Shown piece after piece: positions 45,645 through 58,843 of a stretch of DNA of 64,000 nt. The position numbers and the translations under genes were made by a program. Position 1 is the stretch's first letter. Every line of letters starts with the position of its first letter. The notes under the pieces are model-generated. The model ran no database searches and had not been told where the DNA came from. It saw only the letters and a program-made list of their open reading frames with translations. The DNA lies in the NCBI GenBank assembly GCA_964016885.1, contig OZ024742.1:335668001-335732000 (forward strand). The letters are read 5' to 3'. The stretch is from Eledone cirrhosa (lineage: Eukaryota).

Positions 45645-45742
45645 CGTTTGGCACAAGGCCAGCAAATATTTGAACTCAGACCGTAAAGGGACGTAACTAT
45701 GCTAGAAAGCATGCCGTCCAACCCTCTACCGATACTGCCAAT
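45645..45742 (-). mobile_element. Internally deleted tRNA-SINE
   Basis: Reverse complement of the TTGGCAGTATCGGTAGAGG..CTGAGTTCAAA head joined to the TTGCTGGCCTTGTGCC tail. Confidence 0.7.
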
Positions 45743-46299
45743 TAAAAATATAATAATATAATTCGTTAAACAATAATGATAAAGGAAAGAAAAAAAGGGT
45801 GGGGGCGCAATTCACTATAAAGTGCGGCAATCGGTCGCACCTCACACTTTAGGGGTTAACTACACACTTTGGGGCAAGCCAACACGCTTAGCAGCATTAC
45901 CACGGATAATGGCGAGGCTCAGGCGCTGAAATAAAGAGGCACCCTCACGGGCATCACGTGACACCTCAGTAAGGTGAGCCGCTTCTTATTCACCTGTACA
46001 ATATCTTTTTTAAAAAACAATTGACTTACATAATTGCCTCCCTTGAAATTGTTTACAAGTTACTTCCCTTGGATATTAGTCATGAGTTGTTCCGCTAGGG
46101 AATGCATGCATACAGGTCCCGTAACTCCTGGTAGAATCGTGGGAGTGACATATTGACATACACTGTTTCTAGGGCGTTTTTAAAGCCTGGCAGAGCCTAT
46201 GCCTCTCCAATTTTCGGGAATAGTATTTATTTTATGAACTCATATGCGAGTGCCTATGTATGTATGTATGTTCTTCTGGTTTTATAATTTCACAAAGTG

Positions 46300-49200
46300 T
46301 TACCAATAGAGAGAGAGTCGGTATTTAACATAGGCACAAGACTCTCTCATTGGAATTTACACATCAACTAGGTAGATTATGTAGGCATGCATGTGTAGAT
46401 ATGGATGTTATTGTATGTGTGGATGTGGATGTTTTGAGTTGTATGTGTGCATGTGTATATGCAGTTATTAGATGCAAAATGTTTGGAATGTTTTACATAT
46501 TTTTACTGTTCCATTAATGGATTGTACTTGTAATTTCCTAACTAGTTGTGTTCTTTCTGTTCCTGTGAAGCCTAGCTTCTCAAGATTTGTATTGAGGCAG
46601 TTACTAACATACCCCAGTGCCCCAATAATCACAGGCATAAATCTGAAGGTGTAATCAGGGTGGAGTATCTGCAGATTTCTCATCAGTTATACATAAATAT
46701 TCTCCTTTTCGCTAATCTTTGATATTATATTGGCATCTGCTGGGCAGCTAATTTCCACTACTATGCATGCTTTCTTCTCCCTGTCCCATATCATAATATC
46801 TGGTCTTTTATGCCTGCATTTTATTGGGGTTTTTACTGGAACATTCCACCAGTGCTAATTCATATTATGTACATGGATGTATTCCACATTGCTGTAGCTT
46901 TTAATGTGTTTATTATCGGGGCCATCTTTTTTACGAACTGCATTGTACAGTGTTTTGGCCACTTCATCATGCCTCATAGGTAGATAGTACCGCGATGACA
47001 TCTTTGGACAACTGCTGATGACATGGGTGATATCCTCGATGTTAGTTCTGCAGAGTCTGCACTTGTTATCACATCTAGGTGTTTTGCTTGCATCCCTATC
47101 TCTTTTGTGAATCAGGTATTTCGTGTGAATTTCCTGTTCTTGGATTGCAAAAGCTTATCCTTCAAAGTGGAAGCCAAGATAGCGGTTGTTGGTCAAAGAT
47201 AGATTACTTTCTTTATCTATATTAATCTCACTCTGGAGCTTCCTGGAAACATATCCATGCATGATTTTTTGCTGATAAGCAGGCAGTTTTTCATCCATAG
47301 ATTCACTGCGATACTGGGAATATCTCTCAAGTAGTTCCTTCCCAACTCTCATGATCTTATCTGTTTTATGCAGATAGACTTGCTCGAGAGACTGGATCCT
47401 ACGCTTCGAGGTTCGTAGATGTTGTCGGAGAGATATGATGCGACATTCAAATGTTGTCTGGATTCATGTTAGGCCTCTGCCTCCCTGCTTACGTTTCAAG
47501 TAAAGGCGGTCTATGTCACTGTTGATGTGGAAGTTTCCGGTGTTGTTTAGTATGTTTCGAGTTCCAACATCAACTGCTCGGATTTCGTCTATCGTCCAAT
47601 TGAGTATTCCAAACGTTGGTGTTAAGACAGGCACAGCAAACACATTGTGAGCCACTGTTTTGTTTTGCGCAGAGAGTTCCGATGACCAGAACTTTCTTAA
47701 TCGGTGTAGTATTCCCTGGTTACGCGTTCTTTATTACAGATACCATTATAGGATATGTTCTCATCTATCCCCAGGTATCTGTAGCAGTCCTCATCAGATA
47801 TCGGTGAAACAGTTAGGCCATTGATGACAATGTTGCTAGATTGGGTTGTTGTTTTTCCCCGCTTTACAGTCATGTATGAGCATTTATCTTGGCCAAACTC
47901 TATTCTTATATCCTTTGAGAACGTTGTAACCAGGTCAAGATTTTTCTTCATCCCATCCATGTTCTTGGCATAGAGTGTCAGATCGTCCACAAAGAAATTA
48001 TGGGATAGGTTCGTATTTCTGTCCTGCTGTGGGCCAATGATGTATCTCTCACATTTCTTGAGCAGAAAGGACAAGGAGTTTAATGACAAGATGAATAATA
48101 TCACAGAGAGACTGTCCCCCTGAGATATACCTCTGCAATATTTTATTTTATCAGTGAAAATAGAGTCCCCCTCTCTGTCTTTAACCTTAGGATAGTAGCC
48201 CAAGAAGAAGACAGCCTCTCTATGGCTCTGACAATAATGTCTGGGACTTTAGCAAGTTGGAGGGAACAGAAGAGTGGGGAACAGAATCGAAAGCTTTCCT
48301 GTAATCCAGCCAGACTGTAGCCTCCTAAATTGTTGCAAATTTGACATCGCAGTTTTGTTGATTAGGAGTTGTTCAGCACATCCCCAAACCCCTTTCTTCC
48401 CAGCTGCTTGTTCATCTGTGATGATGTTATTATTTTCACAGTGATCTTGGAGGAATAGGTTCAGGCAGGCTGTATACATCTTATACATCAGGTTCTGGCA
48501 TGCAATGTGTCGGTAGTTTTTGCCAAGTGGGTGTCTTTGTTTTTGGGGACCAGTAATGTTTGTGCTAATGTCAACCATTCTGGTATAAGTGTATCTCCCT
48601 TAAGAACTTGTTGGTAGAGGTCAGTAAGATACCTCCGATAGAATATCAGTTTTTTGTACCAGTAGCCGACAATCATGTCTCTTCCTGGTGTTTTCTTATC
48701 TTGGAGTTTTCCTATCACAGTCTCAAGGGTACCCTCACTTATTTCGTATGTTTTTGTTGTAGTGTAAGCGCAATAGTTCTTTCAGATTTCTCTTAGCCAC
48801 ACTGCATCTTGGTTGAAATTCTTCTTTTCACCCTATATTTTTCTCCAAAAGGAATCTATGTCTTTCTGGGATGGGGCCTCAGTGACACTTATTATTTTGC
48901 CCTTCATATCTCTATAGACTGATGTTTAGTTTCGTCTGAATCTTTTATTAAGCACTTTTCTCTCATCTACCTTCTTCAGGTATCGGCGTTTTTCGCTAAC
49001 AGCTCTCAATTCTTTTTTGAGGGTGATCAACTAATATTGGAGAGTTCTGGGTCTACTGTTACCAAACATTGTCTATTTTATTTTTCACTCTTTGTTGGTG
49101 AGGAGTGAGGGTTTTTTGCGTTTGTTTGCATGTAAGGAGGGTTGTCATATATACTATGTTTTTTCGTAGGGAAGTAATCTTTTGTTATATATGATGGTAT

Positions 49201-50100
49201 TTTTGGTAGTGTTCTGTTCTTGTTAATATCTCCGCTATCACGAAGATAATGCTTCACTGTCGTTGCTAAGGCATATAAACAGGCGTTGATTTGCCAAAAT
49301 GTTGGGGTTTTTATCCGTCGTAAATATTCATCCCCTATTTCGTCAATAACACGTAATATTTCATTATTTGGTTTTTTATTAAACATTGTCGTTTTAATTT
49401 AAGAGATATTTATACATGAATTAATTTCTCTCTGGAAGATTTCGTTGAGGGAAAATTTCAATTGTTTATACTTTTGTTTATTATCATTATCGATAGTATT
49501 TTCCACAACAGTCGAGGTAGACTCGGATGGTACACGTGGTGTCAAATTTCTTCGATTATTATTATTATTTCTTCGATTATTATTATTATCGATAGTGTTT
49601 TCCCCAGCATTCAAGGTAGACTTACAGGTGGTGTCAAGTTTCTTACAGGCATAGTTGTGTCAAGGCGCTGTTCAACCTGGCTGCTAGGAAGTCTAGTAGC
49701 ATGGCCACCTGTAGCACGTGTTGTTGATAACACGTTTGTTGTGGGGGACTTACTAATAATATTTATCTTATTTTTAGGTTCAACAAACGTCGCTTGTTGG
49801 CGTAAATGTTTCGCTGTGAAATAATTTAGCTCTGGGTGCATTTCGTCCCAGTGTAGCTTCATTCTGTTCATATAGCCAATGGAGGGATTTTTTTTGCCAT
49901 TTTATAACAATCAAATAAATCATTATTAAGTTCGCAACTCCAAGAGAAATGCGATTTATAATTTCAGTTTCTTCTGTAGCTACAACTGAATAAAGTTTGT
50001 TTACCTTTCTGGTTGGGTTTCTTTGGTACTTCCTTAATGTTGTTGATGTTGTTGTGTTCAGCCATGCTGTTGTAGCAAATCCTTGTAAAATGAATTATGT
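46300..50100 (-). mobile_element. Decayed, near-full-length R4/Dong-like non-LTR retrotransposon (RT + CCHC + restriction-like endonuclease)
   Basis: KTPGRD, NYRHIAC, EQAAGKKGVWGCAEQLLI, GISQGDSLS, FFVDDL, YRYLGI, RLYLKRKQGGRGL, CRLC..H...C, RHD, RPDI, VEISCP, PVIIGALG. Confidence 0.9.
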
Positions 50101-50446
50101 ATTTAGTCGGATATCTCTACTAATTCGAATAAAATGTGTCTTCAGTGGATATAATTAGAAGAATACCCAGTTATTCAAGATGACTGGGAGTTGCGGCATT
50201 ACTGTCCGAGATAATATTCATCTTAAATTTAATGAATAGTCTCCCACACCAAAATATACGACTGATCGCGTTGACTTACTGACTATGTATATATGTATGT
50301 TACGTTACGTTACCTTACGTTACGCTACGCTACATTATGTTACGTTACGTTAATCTGGAGTCTCGCCTGTTTAGCAAGCGAAACTTCAGAGTAACAAGAC
50401 TCACTATTTCACCTTAATAACATTAATATATATATATATATTTATG

Positions 50447-50557
50447 TAACAAAGAAGGTGTGGTAAGGTACCAGGTGGACCATAACGCACCAGTGTACTC
50501 GTTCGGATATAGCTCTCGAAACGGCTGGAGCTCAGCCGTCGGTGTCCTGACTCTTTT

Positions 50558-50559
<2 letters not shown>
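50447..50559. mobile_element. Family-B insertion: inverted tail joined directly to a short sense arm
   Basis: GAAGGTGTGGTAAGGTACCAGGTGGACC.. then GAAACGGCTGGAGCTCAGCCGTCGG..TTTTCC|TATA. Confidence 0.75.
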
Positions 50560-50634
<75 letters not shown>

Positions 50635-50818
50635 AGAGGGTGTAGTAAGATACCAGGTGGACTATAACCCACCAGAGTACTCGATATTTGGGGTAGTAGA
50701 GTGGGAAATATGAAAAGATTCAGGAGCCCGACAGCTGAACTCCGGCCGTTTCGACGACTAGATCCGAAAGCTGTCGAAAGGGTCGGAGCTCAGCCATCGG
50801 GGTCCTGAATATTTTCAT
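50635..50818. mobile_element. Family-B mini fold-back
   Basis: Tail-bearing arm left, short arm right, (TA)n flanks. Confidence 0.75.
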
Positions 50819-50977
50819 ATATATATATAATATAAAAGTAACGAAGATCTTTGGTGACTGGAAGGTATGTAAATTTTAATTTCGTGAAATCACTATACAT
50901 ATTGCAATGGCACAGCTATATATTCTCCTTTCTACACTGGTGCCTTAAATCCTACCATCACAAACATTTCTCTATAT

Positions 50978-51485
50978 ATAATAAATGTAATCTGAGTTTT
51001 TCGAATATTAATAATAATACTCGATTCCTTTGCAATTATGCAAACAGCCTCTTTTATAAGCGATGTCAGTAGAATGAGCCCCGCATTCTCACTCTTCTGT
51101 TGGCAGGTAAAGCCGCCCTTTAATCGCTTGTATACACGAAACTGACTGGCCTATCTGTTGATATGCAACTCTGGCTGATCAGTGGATCTGCTAATATGCA
51201 GATCTAACTGATCAGCCTGTCTGCTAATATGCAAATCAGGTCGATCAGTTACAATATATTTCAGAAAATATCATATATTTTCACTAGCTCTGACAGTTAG
51301 CAGGTGAACAGTAAACTGCACTGATGAAGGGTAATCACACAGAAACATTAATGTCTGCAGTTCTGTTTGAATGCCGACACAAGAGCAAGAATGAGGGGCT
51401 ACTGACATGGCTTAAAAGAGGCTGTTTCCATAATTGCAAACGAATCGAATATTATTATTAATATTCGAAAAACTCAGATTACATT

Positions 51486-51490
<5 letters not shown>
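50978..51490. mobile_element. ~510-bp element with ~95-bp inverted termini and an internal hammerhead, in (TA)n
   Basis: ATAAATGTAATCTGAGTTTTTCGAATATT.. / ..AATATTCGAAAAACTCAGATTACATTTAT; termini also at 53626-53698 and 57465-57540. Confidence 0.8.
51307..51367 (+). ncRNA. Minimal type I hammerhead, weak stem II
   Basis: AACAG-TA-AACTGCA-CTGATGA-AGGGTAATCACACA-GAAA-CATTAATG-TC-TGCAGTT-CTGTT; palindromic ACATTAATGT. Confidence 0.78.
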
Positions 51491-51563
<73 letters not shown>

Positions 51564-51730
51564 ACGATAGATATATATGTAAATATATATGTATATGTAT
51601 ATATATGTATATGATTATACATATATATGAATATATATATGTATATACATATATGTATGTATGTTTATACATATATATATATGTTTATACATATACACAT
51701 ATATATATATATATGTATATGTTTATACAT

Positions 51731-51777
<47 letters not shown>

Positions 51778-51781
<4 letters not shown>

Positions 51782-53006
51782 AAGAGTGAAGAATAACATG
51801 GTCAACAGTACAAAAAGGGTTTTATTTACAGTATTAACAATTGTTTCATTGATTAGGGTGTCTAAAAATTGCTAATCACTTGAAGTTGTGTCACTCAATT
51901 TTAAATACAATGTATGCCTAATCAAATCATCAGAATAACTGATTAAAATTATACACGGCGTTTGTAATATACTAGGAAAATTCAGATCACAACATTAGTA
52001 ATAAAAAAAGAAAAAGAAAAAAGAAAAAGAGAGAGAGAGAAAAATAAAAATAATAAATAAATGATAATAAATAAGTTAGAATGAAGATATTCTATCATGT
52101 TCTCTTCACCTCTCACATAACTTCCAATTTATTAATTTATCTTTTATTTATCTCTGTACTATTTCTTCATAATTTAACCAATACATATATGTATATATTT
52201 AATATTTTCATATTTATACCATCACATCTTTATACTTTCACACCACTATAACTTTAACCACCAACACCACAACTATTTTCAACAATCATATTGTTAACTT
52301 TTTTTCACACATATATTTTTTTACTTATTTTTTATCATCTTCATTCTAACTTATTTATTATTATTTATTTATTATTTTTCTTTTTTCTTTTTCTCTCTCT
52401 ATTTTTCTTTTTTCTTTTTTCTCTCTATTTTTCTTTTTTCTTTTTTCTTTTTTCTTTTTTCTTTTTTCTTTTTTCTTTTTTCTTTTTTCTTTTTTCTTTT
52501 TTCTTTTTTCTTTTTTCTTTTTTCTTTTTTCTTTTTTCTTTTTTCTTTTTTCTTTTTTCTTTTTTCTTTTTTCTTTTATTCTTTTTTCATTTTTTTCTTT
52601 TTTCTTTTTCTTTCTTTATTACCGATGTTGCGATTTGAATTTTCCTAGTATATTACAAACGCCGTGTATAATTTTAATCAGTTATTCTGATAATTTGATT
52701 AGGCATACATTGTATTTAAAATTGACCGACACAACTTCAAGTGATTAGCAATTTTTAGACACCCTAATCAATGAAACAATTGTTAATACTGTAAATAAAG
52801 CCCTTTTTGTACTGTTGAGCAAGTTATTCTTCACTCTTTCACTTTTATTACTTCAAGATTAACCTGCATAGGAATTCCCGAGAACTCGCCACCTAACTAA
52901 GGAAACCTCTTGTTGAGTCAAACAACGCCGTACGTTAAAACTATCCACAATACCGAGTATTCACAACTTCTAACTGGATTACCTATAACGATAATTTGTT
53001 ATCCCG
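51778..53006. mobile_element. Fold-back PLE 3' end with (TTTTTC)n tract and tail
   Basis: Arms ~51778-52030/52590-52843; tail to 53006 on the right arm only; (TA)n flanks. Confidence 0.8.
51829..51941 (-). ncRNA. Hammerhead with long stem II loop (U.U closure); inverted copy at 52679-52791 has CTGATAA
   Basis: CAGTTATT-CTGATGA-T-TTGATTAGG..CCTAATCAA-T-GAAA-CAATTG-TT-AATACTG. Confidence 0.78.
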
Positions 53007-53695
53007 TATATATATATATAAAAGAAAAAATAGAGCGAGAAACGGGACTGTCCATCATCAGTGATCTTCTGACTATCATCGATATTTCTTCGCATTAAAG
53101 ACCAGATACCTCAAAATCAGTGCGAGCAATAACTAAAATAAGTTATTGGGACAGAGCGAATTGGGTGGAGAAAGAGGACAGTAAACAAACAAAAGTAGTA
53201 ATACAACGTAAAGAGAGGAAATGAGAGACAAGTCAATGATACGTGTGAACTTAAGTTCGACCAAATCAACGACGAGAAGACGGCAGACACGTCCGAACCC
53301 TGCGAAATGTGAGCAAGAAAAGGATTTCACACAGGTCAGACGGGAGGAAGTGAGAGAGGGGGAGCAGCAGAGAGTGAGTGAGTGAAAGTGTGAGGAAGAG
53401 GCCAGCCGAGAGAGTGTGACCAGAAGAGGGAGTGAATGAAAGCAAGAGGTACAAGGAGAGAGAAAGGGGATAGCAGTAAGTTGATAGAAAAAGACGAACC
53501 ACAACGAGGGGAAAAATTATATATGAATGAAAAAATGGCGTGCTGTGTTGTTGCGAGTGTGATACATATGAATAATAAAAAAAAATATATATATACATAA
53601 TTTTTCGCTCTACATGGCTGAATACAATAAATGTAATCTGAGTTTTTCGAATATTAATAATAACATTCGATTCGTTTGCAATTATGCAAACAAGC

Positions 53696-53779
<84 letters not shown>

Positions 53780-53783
<4 letters not shown>

Positions 53784-53982
53784 GAAGGAAATGTGGTAAG
53801 GAACCAGGTGGACCATAACGCACCAAAGTACTCAATACTTGGGGGTAGTAGAGTGGGTAATAGGAACCAGTAAGACCCCGACGGCTGAGCTCAGGCCGTT
53901 TCGACGGGTAATTCGACGGCTAATTCAGTCCAGAATTACCCGTCGAAACGGCTTGAGCTCAGCCGTCGGGGTCTTACTGGTT

Positions 53983-53985
<3 letters not shown>
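53780..53985. mobile_element. Family-B mini fold-back
   Basis: Tail-bearing arm left, short arm ending GGTTCC|TATA. Confidence 0.8.
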
Positions 53986-54029
<44 letters not shown>

Positions 54030-54082
54030 CTGTGTGTGTGTGGGTGTTAATACATATATATATGTATATGTTTATATATAGA

Positions 54083-56531
54083 ACGAAAAAGGTGTGGTAA
54101 AGAACCAGATGGACCATAACGCACCAGAGTACTCAATACTTAGGGTAGTAGAGTGGGTAATAGGAAAATGTTCAAGACCCCGACGGCAGAGCTCAAGCCG
54201 TTCGACGGCTATTTCTGGACTAAATTAGAATTTTTAGCGTGGTAATAAATAGCCGAACTTTTTAAGGGGTAATTCCTTATATGGGAAGATTGTAGTTATC
54301 AAAAGGATTGGTCAAAATTTTTTGTAAACACAATTAAATCTTTCATTGCGGTGAGTGGGAGGTGGGGGTCGCTGAACTTGCCTGTAGGACAATGAGGGAG
54401 AGGGTGGTGCCGCTCAATCGTTGAAAGTGAAGTCTATACAGCAAATTCTAAGGAGTGTGTTTGAAATTAGGCTATCTAGAAAGCAGGCGAAAAAAGAATT
54501 CTGGAGGAATCTGAGTGGAAAGTTATAAAATTAAAAGGTTAATAAATTGAGATTAAAAAATAAAAAAATAATAAATAAAAAGAATAATAATATTAAAAAA
54601 TTAAATAATTAAAAAATAATTAAAAAATTGAGTCTAAAGCAGCTGCTATATTTTTAGCTGGTATTGCGTTTTCGGCAAATGCTATATAGAATTTACTGGG
54701 GCGGGGGTACTGAGGCTACAAAAGTCCGATGGGCTTCTTTTTCCCCACTTGCCGAACACGATAGGGGAAACCCGGGCACACAGGAAGATGTACTTCTTTA
54801 TTTTTTCCCTTTATCTCTTCTTCTCACTTCCTTCCACGCCCTCTCCTCTTCCTTTTACTTTTTCCTCTTTCGCTTACCCTGAGGCAGCCCATCGGGCTTT
54901 TGTAGCCTCAGTACCCCTACCCCAGTAAATTCTATATAGCATTGGCCTAAAACACAATACCAGCTTTCGTGAGGAAATCTCCTTTTATGCAGCTTGCCTT
55001 AGCGGAACCAGCAGGCGACGCCGCCGCTCACGCCACGTAACGTGGGTCAACCCTCCTCACAATGCCGAGATTGCAACACCAATCGGGAAAATCTTCTTTA
55101 GGCTCCTCGAAAAACACTTCCCACCACAACACCCTTACCACAACATAATGAACAAAACACTATCAAACTCTCCTACAGCGCCACACCCAACTTCGCACAA
55201 AACATTGCCTCCTCAAACAACAAGAAACTCAACTCGTATGGAAGAAACAACCTAGACATTAGTGGAGAGCCGACCAGGAGGTGTAACTGCCCTGATAGAT
55301 CTACGTGCCCCCTCAACAACAGATGCCGAGAAGGTAACGGTGATCTACCAATGCAACGTGAGGACGGAAAACGAAGCCTAGATAGGATTAACCGCTTGTG
55401 ACTTTAAGACCCTGCTCTACCAACACCGACATACTTTCAGAAACCCGGCCCGGCGGCATGCCACTATACTTTCGGGCTACATCTGGGACCTCCAAGATAA
55501 TAAAATAACATAACATCTTACTTGGATCTTACTGTCCCGGGCTAAGTCCTACACAGGCGGACGCCGCCCGTGTAACTTATGCTTGGAGGAAACAATACAA
55601 ATGTTATTTACGAAGGACTAACTCCTAAAAAAAAAGACGAACTTGTAACTGCATGTAAACACCGATTGCGTAGGACTTACCTCGCCCTCAAACACCCTCA
55701 TGACCCGGGTGGGTAGACAATGGCTGCAACATCCTTCTTTTCCCCACTTGCCGAACAAGATAGGGGAAACTCCAGCAGACATAGGTAGATGTACTTCTTT
55801 TCTTTTTTTTCCTTTATCTCTTCTTCTCACCTCCTTCCACTCCCGCTCCTCTTCCTTTTTCTTTTTCCTCTTTCGCTTACTCTGAGGCAGCCTATCGGGC
55901 TTTTGTAGCCTCAGTACCACCACCCCGTAAATTCTATATAGCATTGGCCGAAAACGCAATACCAGCTAAAAATATAGCAGCTGCTTTAGACTCTAGTTTT
56001 TTTTATATTTTTTTTATTATTTATTTTTTTAATGTTATTATTATTTTTATTTATTATTTTTTGATTCTTTAATCTCAATTTATTAACCTTTTAATTTTAT
56101 AACTTTCCACTCTCAGATTCTTCCAGAATTCTTTTTTCGCCTGCTTTCTAGATAGCCTAATTTCAAACACACTCCTTAGAATTTGCTGTATAGACTTCAC
56201 TTTCAACGATTGAGTGGCTCCACCCACTCCTTCATTGTCCTACAGGCAAGTCCAGCGACCCCACCTCCCACCCACCACCATGAAAGATTTAAATTGTGTT
56301 TACAAGAAATGTTGACCAATCCTTTTGACAACTACAATATTCCCATATAAAGAATTACCCTTGAAAAGTCCGGCTATTTATTACCACGCTAAAAATTCTA
56401 ATTTAGTCCAGAAATAGTCGTCGAAACGGCTTGAGCTCTGCCGTCGGGGTCTTGAACATTTTCCTATTACCCTAAGTATTGAGTACTCTGGTGCATTATG
56501 GTCCATCTGGTTCCTTACCACACTTCCTTCG

Positions 56532-56533
<2 letters not shown>
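54083..56533. mobile_element. Large family-B PLE fold-back enclosing a GIY-YIG coding fragment (54962-55730, + strand) related to 21181-21950
   Basis: ~650-bp inverted arms 54083-54735/55890-56533; internal duplication 54733-54965/55733-55966; FFRLLEKHFP, CNC..CPL, CNLC motifs. Confidence 0.88.
56357..56450 (+). ncRNA. Hammerhead-like motif with a U3-A8 compensatory core (family B); degenerate copy 54177-54270 (-)
   Basis: ACCC-TTGAAAA-G..CGGCTATTT..AAATAGTCG.C-GAAA-CGGC(TTGAGCTCT)GCCG-TC-GGGGT. Confidence 0.68.
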
Positions 56534-56595
<62 letters not shown>

Positions 56596-56623
56596 ATATA
56601 CATATATATATATATGTACAAAC

Positions 56624-56683
<60 letters not shown>

Positions 56684-56729
56684 ATATACATATATATATA
56701 TGTATAAACATATACATATATATATGTAT

Positions 56730-57455
<726 letters not shown>

Positions 57456-57533
57456 TATATATAAATGAGGGCTTGTTTGCATAATTGCAATCGAATCGAA
57501 TGTTTTTATTAATATTCGAAAAACTCAGTTTAC

Positions 57534-57622
<89 letters not shown>

Positions 57623-57627
<5 letters not shown>

Positions 57628-58652
57628 AAGTCTCAGACCCGTACAGCAGCACAGACTCCACTACAGCAATGAAGAGGCGGACCTTCAGGTCTTTACGAAG
57701 ATCCGACTTCCACACCGATCTCAAGCTGCGGCACGCCGCCCAGGCTTTGATTTTCCTCTCAACCACATCATCCTCCGTATTCCCAATGTTTGCTCCCAAA
57801 TACAGGAAGTCTTCAACCAATTCTAGCGGCTTCCCGCCTACATTAGTGATCCCCTCTGGCTTCTCAACATTCTCTACCAGATATTTTGTTTTAGTCTCAT
57901 TCATTCTCAGCCCCACACTCATCGACACTGTCTCATCCTCTGCCTCCTTCACTGTATTTGTCACCAAAACTATGTCGTCGGCAAATTCAGCATCTGATAC
58001 CTTTTTCGCCTTAACTCTCCTGCTCTGAGCCGGTGCTACAATAAAGCCAGAGTCCTGGTGTTTCTCCAGTGCAAAGCGCATACAATAGTTCACTACGATG
58101 ATAAAAAGTTAGGGAGCCAATGTATCTCCCTGGAGCACTCCAGCCAGTATCTCAAAGAACTCTGTCATCCCATCAGGTGTAATGACTTGGGCTTTGGTGT
58201 TGGTGTAGAGCAGTGATATCAGGTCCACTATCTTCTTGGGGATTCCATAAGCCTGTAAGATCTTCATCAGGCAGTGACGGTCCACAGAATCATGATGGTG
58301 GATGGGTGCTACACGAGAATGGTGAGGATGGCTATGAACATTAATCAGTATACACTGAGGATGAAAAACTCAGAGCTGTATGGGAATCTCCCAAAAGTCA
58401 GCTCAAAAGTGACACAGAGGAGACTGAGGTTAGCTGGATATGCTCACCGACATCCAGAGTTGACATTGCACTCAGTGCTCCTTTGGGAGCCCCTACATGG
58501 ACACACTGGAAGAGGAAGACCAAGGTTAACGTATGTTGATGCCCTAAGGGCAGACACTGGTCTGCTGGAGACGCAGGATATGGCAGCGATAATGAGGGAC
58601 AGAGACCGCTGGAGAGAACTCGTCCATGGATCTCGGGAATTTTACCCGCCCT

Positions 58653-58654
<2 letters not shown>
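57623..58654. mobile_element. RTE-like LINE with 5' inversion (57623-58272 minus; 58273-58654 plus)
   Basis: GVLQGDTLAP, FADDI, FLYLG, VLLYGSETWT on minus; DGCYTRMVR..RLAGY..GRGRPRLTY on plus. Confidence 0.88.
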
Positions 58655-58717
<63 letters not shown>

Positions 58718-58718
<1 letters not shown>

Positions 58719-58843
58719 GAAATTCAACATATTTGGCCTCCTGTCATTTCATTTTATAATACATTTACTCCGTTCACGCACCACCAATATGATTCAACGT
58801 CCAAGATGGATGAATTGCATAACGTCAAGTGCTTTTCTCGTAT
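58718..58843 (+). repeat. Dispersed repeat, second copy at 61811-61937
   Basis: GGAAATT.AACATATTTGGCCT.CTGTCATTTC..GTGCTTTTCTCGTATT in both. Confidence 0.8.

Noticed and set aside
45848-45860. TAACCCCTAA resembling a telomerase template
   Set aside because: Four Cs do not match TTAGGG; no other telomerase RNA features seen
53035-53075. CTGATGA-TGGAC.GTCC on the minus strand
   Set aside because: Followed by GTTTC rather than GAAA; at most a rearranged remnant
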